The notes: generated by a model not told the origin, from the sequence alone. A stretch of DNA of 24,000 bases from Acidobacteriota bacterium (GCA_025463135.1 JAOAPY010000011.1:190024-214023), one strand, 5' to 3'; shown: positions 7,990 to 14,930, numbered from the stretch's first letter. Translations and numbers: made by a program.

Positions 7990-8529
7990 TTACTTCTCGA
8001 CAGCTGGCAGTCGAATGTCCTCGTCCACGAAAGACTTTAAAAGAGCTCCGGCTTTGACTTCCACGTTCTTGCCGTGCTTTAGCAAACCGAGCGGGCCAAA
8101 CAGGATAGTGAGGGCAACCGTAGCCCCGACTTTGTCTTCACCTTCCTTGCCTTTGTTGGCACGCAAGCGCACCCGAGTATCGCCAACCTTTAAGTACTCC
8201 AGGCGAATATTCAATTCGCCTCCTTTGCCCATCATGCCGGATTTTTTCGCATGCGTGACGGAACCTACGGCTTTTGTTCCGGCCCGGGCCACTACCACAT
8301 CGCCGACTTTCAGGTCATCTACCAGTTCAAAATTTACCCGGTCATCCTCTGCGGCCGTCTTGGAACTCAAAGCCTCAGAAAACTTTAAGTTCACCTCCGT
8401 GCCCTCTTTCAAGAGATACTTCTCGCCATTGGGCTTCGGCGCCTCTGATGTTTGAGCGGTCAGTAGGAAACTGGTTGACAAGAGGATTGCGATCAGTTTC
8501 CAGACTCTTACTCTTGGTATTGCCATCAT
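7990..8529 (-). CDS. Secreted protein of unknown function (paralogue of the C-domain of the 6720-7643 product)
   Basis: A strong AAGGAGA Shine-Dalgarno lies about 8 nt upstream of ATGATG. The signal peptide is MMAIPRVRVWKLIAILLSTSFLLTA|QT. The body is predicted to be beta-rich and aligns with the 307-aa neighbour. Confidence 0.75.
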   Translation of the reverse strand: MMAIPRVRVWKLIAILLSTSFLLTAQTSEAPKPNGEKYLLKEGTEVNLKFSEALSSKTAAEDDRVNFELVDDLKVGDVVVARAGTKAVGSVTHAKKSGMMGKGGELNIRLEYLKVGDTRVRLRANKGKEGEDKVGATVALTILFGPLGLLKHGKNVEVKAGALLKSFVDEDIRLPAVEK

Positions 8530-8905
8530 TATGAAATCTCCTTCTTACATTTTGAGTCTCTAGCGCGTTCTTCGACTGCGGCAAATTGCCGTAGCTTCGG
8601 TGGGAGCAGTTAACAAAATCGCTCCCCGGGTAAAAGGAAGATGCAAGTGCATTCCTCCCACCCTCGGTCTTGTGTTCGGGTCGCTTGGAAAGACTCGGAA
8701 GTGGGGGCCGTCATCAAGAAGTAGTGAGTACTAAGACCATGGACTTGGGCACCGTCTCCAGGTCCCTATTAGTCTACAAAGTATTGTTCGCGAAAAGATG
8801 CCGAGTCTCTCGAGCTGACGCGTTGTCAGACATTCTGCCAAGCATACAGCCTCTTCAGCATCTGAGAGGTTTACTACTAAGAGGTATTGCTGCGAAAGTC
8901 GCGTC

Positions 8906-10882
8906 TCAAACTGCAATCGTCTCTTGCTCGTGCTCATCGACTAAGTACGGCGAAACGACCACGGGTTTTTCATCTGCGTCCTCGGCGAGTACGGCCTGGA
9001 TGATGGGCAGGCTCAGCGAGTGCTTCTTTGAGATTCCGGGAACGTTGTGACCGGCGGAATAAACCGCGTGTCGTTCGTTCTCCTGGTACCACTCGGCGAG
9101 GTTCGCGGTCTTGTGCATGTTCTCGATAATCTGGCGCCAGCCAACACCCGTGTTATAGGCGCAGAAGCTGATCTCGCCTTCCTGCGTGCCGTAGGGAATC
9201 ACGCACATTTCAGTGCGGCGGAAATCGTAATTGAAGAGGTCCTGAAACCACATGCCTTCAACACAAAGCACGCGCCAGATGTCGTTTGGATCATCGGGGG
9301 CTTTCGCTTTCATGCGATCGTTGCGATCAGAACTGGAGTTTGTCGAGGACGGTTTAAAGAGATTGAGGATCTGCGAAATCGGAAATCCTTCCGGCGCGCG
9401 CTCAGCGTGGAAGTTGCGCATGATGGCCATCCCGAGCTGTGCGTACGAGAGTTTCTTGCCGCGCGCCGAGTCGGTTATCACCGCCACGTCTTTCATGAAC
9501 TGCTCATAATCGAAAAAGTCGAACAGCGAAGTGAACTGCCCGGTTTTCTTGTTGACGACAATCAGCGTAAAGATGCCGCAGTTCGGATGGCAATTGCATG
9601 AAGACCAGCCCCAGGGCGCATCCGCGCCTTGCAGCATGTCCATTACGCTCGTGAACGCTGAATACGAAGACAGCGGATACCAGTCACGCAAGGGTTGCAA
9701 GCGGCCGCCGAGTTGATCCTTGAGATCGTGCGTCATGCCGGCCAGGGTATAGCGTTGCTTGATGCGCACAGCGTCAGCCACATCTTCGTCCCGTCCGGTG
9801 AATGAAACGGGCTGGAAAGCGATGGTCTGAACTTTGTCGATGTTCTGTGCGGCAAATTCAACAATCGCGCCAATGCCGTCGTTGTTGATGGTATTGACGA
9901 TGGTCGTCACCAGTGTGACTTTGATGCCGACGCTAGCCAGGTTTTCAATAGCCTGTTGCTTAACATCGAACAGGTTGCCGACGCCGCGGTGTTTGTTCTT
10001 TTCTTCGCTGACGCCGTCGAATTGCAAGTAGACGCCGTGTTGACCCGCAGCCTTGGCGGCCTTGCAGAACTCAATGTCTTCGGCAAAGCGGATACCGTTG
10101 GTCGCCGCCAGGATGCGATAGAAGCCAACCTTCTTGGCGTAAGCGACTGCTTCAAGGTAGTAAGGCGAAAGCGTAGGCTCGCCGCCGGAAAAGAGAATTA
10201 TGATTTGGCGTTTGGGCTTGAACGATACGGCACGATCCAGGATCGCTTTGGTATCTTCATAAGTTGGTTCATGAACATAACCAACCTGGTTCGCATCCAT
10301 GAAGCACGGATTGCACATCATGTTGCAGCGATTGGTAAGATCTACAGTCAGGACAGCGCCACGACCGAACTTGATATTCGAAGTGCCGTGATGATGTACG
10401 TGCGAATCTTCGGCGGCGCGAAAATCGCGGCCAAAAAAGAGAGATTCGATGCGTTCGAGAAACGCCGGGTCGGTGGCCATGACGTCCACAAACTCGCCGT
10501 GTTTGGGACAGGTCTTCTTCATGACTACCTGTCCGTTTTCTTCCACGATCTGGGCTTTGATTTCGCCCGGATGTTCGTTCATCAATGATTCAAGAGTGAC
10601 CTCGCCGGTGATGACGGCGTCGCGAACTTCCTTGACGCAGCGCGGGCAAAGGCTGTCGGTCTCGCGTGGAAAGCCGAGCGGTGGAGACGTGCGTTCGTAA
10701 GATTTCAGCAGAGGTCCCGGCGCCCACTGCGGACGAATAGCTTCGCCCTCGGGGAGTCGGGTGTTAACGGACTGAAACGCCTTCCAGGCGAGGTCAGAAA
10801 GATCCGAAACGAGTTTGGAGCTCTTCGCTCCTTTTAGTAAACCTTTTTCGGATTCACCCCGGCGGAACTGATCACTGAACAA
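8906..10882 (-). CDS. Tes / GDGT-MAS (MJ0619)-family radical SAM protein (putative membrane-spanning/tetraether lipid synthase homologue)
   Basis: 658 aa. N-terminal Cys4 ribbon: LCPRC...KKTCPKHGEF. Radical SAM core: DLTNRCNMMCNPCF, with CNMMCNPC encoded at 10327-10304. Further motifs are FSGGEPTL, ILAATNGIRFAED, GVYLQFDGVSEE, VTLVTTIVNTINND and IAFQPVSFTGRDEDV, plus a long C-terminal domain with extra Cys (SSCNCHPNCG). Order and spacing match my memory of the MJ0619 family. The start is TTG with a GGGAGAAG Shine-Dalgarno 6-7 nt upstream. Confidence 0.72.
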   Translation of the reverse strand: MFSDQFRRGESEKGLLKGAKSSKLVSDLSDLAWKAFQSVNTRLPEGEAIRPQWAPGPLLKSYERTSPPLGFPRETDSLCPRCVKEVRDAVITGEVTLESLMNEHPGEIKAQIVEENGQVVMKKTCPKHGEFVDVMATDPAFLERIESLFFGRDFRAAEDSHVHHHGTSNIKFGRGAVLTVDLTNRCNMMCNPCFMDANQVGYVHEPTYEDTKAILDRAVSFKPKRQIIILFSGGEPTLSPYYLEAVAYAKKVGFYRILAATNGIRFAEDIEFCKAAKAAGQHGVYLQFDGVSEEKNKHRGVGNLFDVKQQAIENLASVGIKVTLVTTIVNTINNDGIGAIVEFAAQNIDKVQTIAFQPVSFTGRDEDVADAVRIKQRYTLAGMTHDLKDQLGGRLQPLRDWYPLSSYSAFTSVMDMLQGADAPWGWSSCNCHPNCGIFTLIVVNKKTGQFTSLFDFFDYEQFMKDVAVITDSARGKKLSYAQLGMAIMRNFHAERAPEGFPISQILNLFKPSSTNSSSDRNDRMKAKAPDDPNDIWRVLCVEGMWFQDLFNYDFRRTEMCVIPYGTQEGEISFCAYNTGVGWRQIIENMHKTANLAEWYQENERHAVYSAGHNVPGISKKHSLSLPIIQAVLAEDADEKPVVVSPYLVDEHEQETIAV

Positions 10883-10984
10883 TGATGTCTTCTCCCAACG
10901 CTGCTGCTGACGTTTGACGCTTCGTGAATCATTAAGGGCTGCTCACGCTGATGTATCTACGGCCCAGCCTCTGCGGCGCTGCCC

Positions 10985-11013
10985 ATGATAGTGTTCTCGC
11001 CCAGCTAAGGCAA
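10985..11013 (-). promoter_or_regulatory. Candidate sigma70-like promoter for the Tes-like gene (TTGCCT - 17 nt - TATCAT)
   Basis: The minus strand reads TTGCCT (11013-11008), a 17-nt spacer, then TATCAT (10990-10985), about 100 nt upstream of the TTG start. Match made by eye only. Confidence 0.3.
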
Positions 11014-11099
11014 GGCAAAAAGGCCGCTTAGCCAACGTGTAGAAGCGGAATTTCTCGGCAACTGGCGGTCCTAAGCTGTTGGCCTTAAAGCCATTTGTA

Positions 11100-11129
11100 T
11101 TGACAGCAACGTTGACGCAAGCGTATAAG
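11100..11129 (+). promoter_or_regulatory. Candidate sigma70-like promoter for the SIR2/STAND pair (TTGACA - 18 nt - TATAAG)
   Basis: TTGACA at 11100-11105, an 18-nt spacer, TATAAG at 11124-11129. The geometry matches the tRNA-Gln promoter in this window. It lies about 125 nt upstream of ATG 11255. Confidence 0.35.
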
Positions 11130-11162
11130 CCAGCCGGGCGAGTGATGCTCTTGTACGGCAGT

Positions 11163-11227
11163 CTGCCAGCCTGCAGATCCCGCGCGGGCATCTACCACCC
11201 AGACCTCGACAGGCGGGCAGCCTGTCG
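11163..11227. repeat. Palindromic repeat module (CTGCCAGCCTG ... CAGGCGGGCAG, with the hairpin CGACAGGC-GGGCA-GCCTGTCG)
   Basis: CTGCCAGCCTG (11163-11173) is the near-perfect inverted complement of CAGGCGGGCAG (11210-11220). A perfect 8-bp hairpin sits at 11207-11227. The same module recurs at 18374-18415 and 21254-21299. Confidence 0.6.
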
Positions 11228-11254
11228 TGCAAGTTGGTCGTCAGGGAAACCGAA

Positions 11255-12163
11255 ATGTCTGCGAAAGAAGAACCACCTTACAAAATAATTGCCAGTCTGT
11301 TGAAGGGCGGCGAGGTCATTCCGTTCCTGGGAGCGGGCGTCAACTTTGGCATGCGCCAGGCGCCTGGCGCGCAATGGGCCATTAAGACCACAAACTTCCT
11401 CCCCAGCGGCGCCGACCTCTCAACTTATCTCATCGACCAGTGTGAGTTTCCCGACAAGACTGAAAAAGATCTCGCCAAGGTTTCGTCCTACTATGTAGAG
11501 GTGGTCGACCGGGACGCTCTCAGCGAAGGCCTGGTAACCATTTTTGACCGCGACTATGAGCCGTGCGAAATTCATCACTACCTGGCTAACGATATTCCGG
11601 CCGATAAACATTCATTGATCGTCACCACGAACTACGATGATTTGACCGAGCAGGCTTTTCTCAAAGCCAAGCGCCCTTTCGATCTGGTAGTACATCCCAC
11701 GGACAGCGCCCACGCGGGATCGGTTATCTGGTGGCAGTATCAAGCCACTGAACCTGAGTATGTTCCGCCCAACTCGCTGCAAATTGATCTGAGCAAGACA
11801 ACCGTTATTTACAAAATGCACGGCTCCGTCGACCGGGCTTTGCACCGCATGGACAACTATGTGATCACGGAAGACGACTACATCGACTTCCTTACGCGCA
11901 TGATTGGTCAGACGGCGGTGCCGGCACAGTTCATGGCCTATTTCAGGACTCATCGCTTTCTGTTTATGGGCTATGGCCTGAACGATTGGAACCTGCGTGT
12001 CATCCTCAATAACCTGCATGCGTCGGACCTGCACTCAAAAAAATCGTGGGCCATCCAGTACCATCCATCGACGGTGGAAAAGAGGCTTTGGGACAAACGC
12101 AATGTTGATATCTATGACGTAGAAATTAATGAATTTACCAAACAACTGCGCGCGCGCGGATAA
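11255..12163 (+). CDS. SIR2-like (SIR2_2 family) protein, a putative NAD+-consuming effector
   Basis: Motifs: VIPFLGAGVNFG (Gly-rich Rossmann start), LIVTTNYDDLTEQAF, VIYKMHGSVD (candidate catalytic His codon at 11819-11821), YVITEDDYIDF and FLFMGYGLNDWNLRVIL. There is no additional sensor domain. ATG 11255 is preceded by AGGGAA; the ORF-track TTG at 11234 is less likely. Confidence 0.85.
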   Translation: MSAKEEPPYKIIASLLKGGEVIPFLGAGVNFGMRQAPGAQWAIKTTNFLPSGADLSTYLIDQCEFPDKTEKDLAKVSSYYVEVVDRDALSEGLVTIFDRDYEPCEIHHYLANDIPADKHSLIVTTNYDDLTEQAFLKAKRPFDLVVHPTDSAHAGSVIWWQYQATEPEYVPPNSLQIDLSKTTVIYKMHGSVDRALHRMDNYVITEDDYIDFLTRMIGQTAVPAQFMAYFRTHRFLFMGYGLNDWNLRVILNNLHASDLHSKKSWAIQYHPSTVEKRLWDKRNVDIYDVEINEFTKQLRARG

Positions 12164-12180
12164 GTGGGGCGCTGAGTACC

Positions 12181-14892
12181 ATGTCGACCTCTGTTGCCCA
12201 CAGCTTTTGCCCTTACAAAGGTCTGCAACCCTACACCGAGGCAGACCGCAAATACTTCTTTGGGCGCACACGCGATCAGGGAATCATCATCTCAAACCTT
12301 TATGCCTCACCCTTGACCGTCTTTTATGGCGCCAGTGGCGTCGGCAAAAGTTCAGTACTGCTGGCTGGAGTGGTGCCGCTGCTCAAGCAGGAACCGCGCG
12401 ATGTCGTCGTAGTCGTTTTCAATAGCTGGCAAGGTGAAGACTTTCTCGCGGCCCTCAAAAGCGAGGTTGCGAAGCAAGCGGGAACAACGGCGCCGGTTGC
12501 CGAGGCGTTGCCGCTGGATGATTTCCTGGCGGAGACACAGCGCGCGCTTGGCCTCCCGCTTTTTCTTATACTCGATCAATTTGAAGAATATTTTCTTTAT
12601 CATCCTTCTTCGCCCGCGGCGGACGCTTTCGAGTCCTCGTTAGCGCGTGCGGTAAATCGCCGCAGCGTCCAGGTGAATATTTTCCTTTCGCTGCGCGAAG
12701 ATGGATTGAGCAAACTCGACCGTTTTCAGGGCCGCCTGCCGGCGCTGCTTAACAACCTGTTGAGGCTGGGCCACCTTGATCGTGATTCGGCCCGCGAAGC
12801 AATAGTTAAACCGCTCGAGCAATACAACAGCGAAAGCGGTGCAGGACAATTACCGTTTACGATTGAGGACGCACTGGTAAACGCTGTGCTCGACGATCTC
12901 TCCTCCGTAACAACAGCCTCGGATCAGGTTGGTCAGGGCCAGGTTGTCGAGCAATCGAAAAGTGCGGGCACGGTGCCGATTGAAACACCCTTCCTGCAAA
13001 TGGTTTTAACGCGGCTTTGGGATGAAGAGACCGCCGGCGGCTCTCGCGTATTGCGTCTGCAAACCTATGATGCCCTCGGACGAGCTGAGAATATTGCGCG
13101 CACGCACCTTGATACGATGATGTCACGGCTGACCGACCTTGAGCGCGCGACCGGGGCCAACATACTGCGTTATCTGGTGACGCCGTCAGGCACAAAGATC
13201 GCGCAGGAGGCGGGAGCACTTGCGTCCTGGAGCGAACTGCCGCCAGCCGAAGTCCAGTCGTTCCTGGATCGCCTGAGCGCGCCTGACATGCGCATTCTGA
13301 GAACGGTGCAGGCGCCCGGCCAGCCGGCGCGCTATCAAATCTTTCACGACGTGTTGGCCCACGCGATACTTGACTGGCGGGCTCGCTACGTTCAGGAGCA
13401 AAAACGTCTGGAAGCTGAGCACCAGCTGGCGCTTGAGCGGGCCAGTAGTGCCGAACAACTGGCGCATCAACGTAAACGGACCCGTCGGCTGCGGCTCATC
13501 GCTGCCGGGCTGCTGTTGATGCTGCTCTCGATGATTGTTCTGGCGGGAAAAGTGTACTACGCCAATTTCACTGCGCGCTCAGGTGAACTGGCCGCCTCTT
13601 CCAAAGCGCAACTCGACACCGATCCGGAACTCAGTCTGTTGCTGGCCATCGAAGCTGTTAATACCAGGCGCACAAAAAAATCGATCGAAGCTTTGAAGGC
13701 CGCGTTGATTGCCTCACAACTCAACGCTGTGCTCGATGCAAAAACCGAGGGTCGAGTCGCAAGTGTCGCTTTTAGTCCCGACGGAAAACACGTCGTAACT
13801 GCGAGTTGGGATGGAGCCGCCCGCGTTTGGGAAACAAAGACGCATAACATCTTGAGCGTACTGGCGGGTCATGGAAACCATGTCAACAGCGCCGCTTTCA
13901 GCCCGGATGGAAGGTACGTATTAACCACCAGCCAGGACAACACCGCGCGCGTCTGGGACGGATGGCAAGCAGGAGCGCCGAAGATTATTCAAAAACTTTC
14001 AGAGGGCGGCGAGATCTCTACGGCGGCCTTTAGTCCCAATGGCGAATACATCCTGACCGCGGGTGGGGAAGGAAAAGTCCACGTGTGGACGTGGAAAGGC
14101 GATGCGCCGGAGGAGAAAGCACAACTGGACATCGCCCTGGCATTGGCCGGCAACGCATCCGCGACGCAACCCTCGACCGTGCCAGCGACGCCGGAACCCA
14201 GTCCCACTCCAAGTTCAGCAGCGACACCTGGAGTCCCTGCGGCATCAGCCACACCCGGCCGGATCTTTATTTACAAGGCAGCATTCAGTCCCGATCCCGA
14301 TGGTAATTACATTATTGTGGCGTCCAAGACCAGGAAGGTATTGGTGTGGCAATGGCGGGACGAGAAGAATAATCAGGTCAAGCTTAAGCTGAGCGGGCAT
14401 ACTTCGGGAGTTTATGATGCCGCGTTCAGCAATGATGGAGCTTACGCGGTGACGGGCAGTGATGACTCAACAGCCATTGTTTGGGATCTGAAGAAACCCG
14501 ATGTTCCCAAAGTCAAGTTTAACCTGGGCACGAATCGCATCAGGGGCGTCGCATTTAGTCCTGACGGCAATTTCGTTGCCACTGCCAGTTACGATCGGCT
14601 GGCAAGATTATGGGAATGGCAACAGTTTGATGCTGTCCTGCGTGCGGCGCAGAAACCGGAGGAGCGCAGCCAACCAATGATCTTGAGCGGGCATTCAGGG
14701 CTGGTAATTTGCGTGGCCTACAGTGCTGATGGTCAGTTCGTGGTTACCGGCAGTGACGATGGCACGGCGCGCGTTTGGAGAACCCAACGCCTGGACCGCG
14801 GCACCTTGGACAAGCTCAGCACCGATGAACTATTGCAGTTAGCCAGAGGACGCGTCACTCGCGAGTTGACGCACGCGGAAAAGGATTTGTAG
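12181..14892 (+). CDS. nSTAND-type P-loop NTPase, single TM helix and 7-blade WD40 repeat protein
   Basis: N-terminal signature FCPYKGLQPYTEADRKYFFGRTRD. Walker A is GASGVGKSS (12328-12354) and Walker B is LFLILDQFEE (D codon at 12574). A helical/winged-helix region and a coiled coil ending in HQRKRTRRLR follow. The TM helix is LIAAGLLLMLLSMIVLAG (13495-13548). Seven xAFSPDGxxxxTxSxDxTARVW blades span about 13740-14790. Confidence 0.88.
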   Translation: MSTSVAHSFCPYKGLQPYTEADRKYFFGRTRDQGIIISNLYASPLTVFYGASGVGKSSVLLAGVVPLLKQEPRDVVVVVFNSWQGEDFLAALKSEVAKQAGTTAPVAEALPLDDFLAETQRALGLPLFLILDQFEEYFLYHPSSPAADAFESSLARAVNRRSVQVNIFLSLREDGLSKLDRFQGRLPALLNNLLRLGHLDRDSAREAIVKPLEQYNSESGAGQLPFTIEDALVNAVLDDLSSVTTASDQVGQGQVVEQSKSAGTVPIETPFLQMVLTRLWDEETAGGSRVLRLQTYDALGRAENIARTHLDTMMSRLTDLERATGANILRYLVTPSGTKIAQEAGALASWSELPPAEVQSFLDRLSAPDMRILRTVQAPGQPARYQIFHDVLAHAILDWRARYVQEQKRLEAEHQLALERASSAEQLAHQRKRTRRLRLIAAGLLLMLLSMIVLAGKVYYANFTARSGELAASSKAQLDTDPELSLLLAIEAVNTRRTKKSIEALKAALIASQLNAVLDAKTEGRVASVAFSPDGKHVVTASWDGAARVWETKTHNILSVLAGHGNHVNSAAFSPDGRYVLTTSQDNTARVWDGWQAGAPKIIQKLSEGGEISTAAFSPNGEYILTAGGEGKVHVWTWKGDAPEEKAQLDIALALAGNASATQPSTVPATPEPSPTPSSAATPGVPAASATPGRIFIYKAAFSPDPDGNYIIVASKTRKVLVWQWRDEKNNQVKLKLSGHTSGVYDAAFSNDGAYAVTGSDDSTAIVWDLKKPDVPKVKFNLGTNRIRGVAFSPDGNFVATASYDRLARLWEWQQFDAVLRAAQKPEERSQPMILSGHSGLVICVAYSADGQFVVTGSDDGTARVWRTQRLDRGTLDKLSTDELLQLARGRVTRELTHAEKDL

Positions 14893-14930
14893 TTCTGTAT
14901 TTAGCAACCCTGCCTGGACAGAAGCTGAAG

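Noticed and set aside
8670-9050. 126-aa plus-strand ORF and a 68-aa minus-strand ORF (8731-8937) at the 3' end of the Tes-like gene
   Set aside because: They overlap the well-supported radical SAM CDS or its 3' flank, and they have no motifs, no Shine-Dalgarno and odd composition.
10943-11191. 82-aa minus-strand ORF (…DLQAGRLPYK…) in the Tes-like/SIR2 intergenic region
   Set aside because: It is composed of the palindromic repeat module and promoter-like sequence and has no Shine-Dalgarno. Repeat families commonly generate such pseudo-ORFs.
11420-12271. Antisense ORFs inside the SIR2 gene (11420-11611, 11612-12034, 12035-12271)
   Set aside because: They are antisense to a CDS with clear family motifs. 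A possible antitoxin or antisense gene was considered, but they have no start context or recognisable fold features.
13740-14790. Possible DNA-level tandem repeat or CRISPR-like periodicity in the WD40 region
   Set aside because: The repetition is at the protein level only (xAFSPDGxxxxTxSxDxTARVW). Codons differ between blades, and there are no identical direct DNA repeats or spacers. No CRISPR array was seen anywhere in the window.
4844-14892. The SIR2/STAND pair as part of a tRNA-Gln-targeted genomic island or prophage
   Set aside because: The tRNA is more than 6 kb away with unrelated genes between. No integrase, transposase, att-like direct repeat of the tRNA 3' end or phage genes were seen. 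Only short palindromic repeats flank the pair, so mobility remains unsupported.
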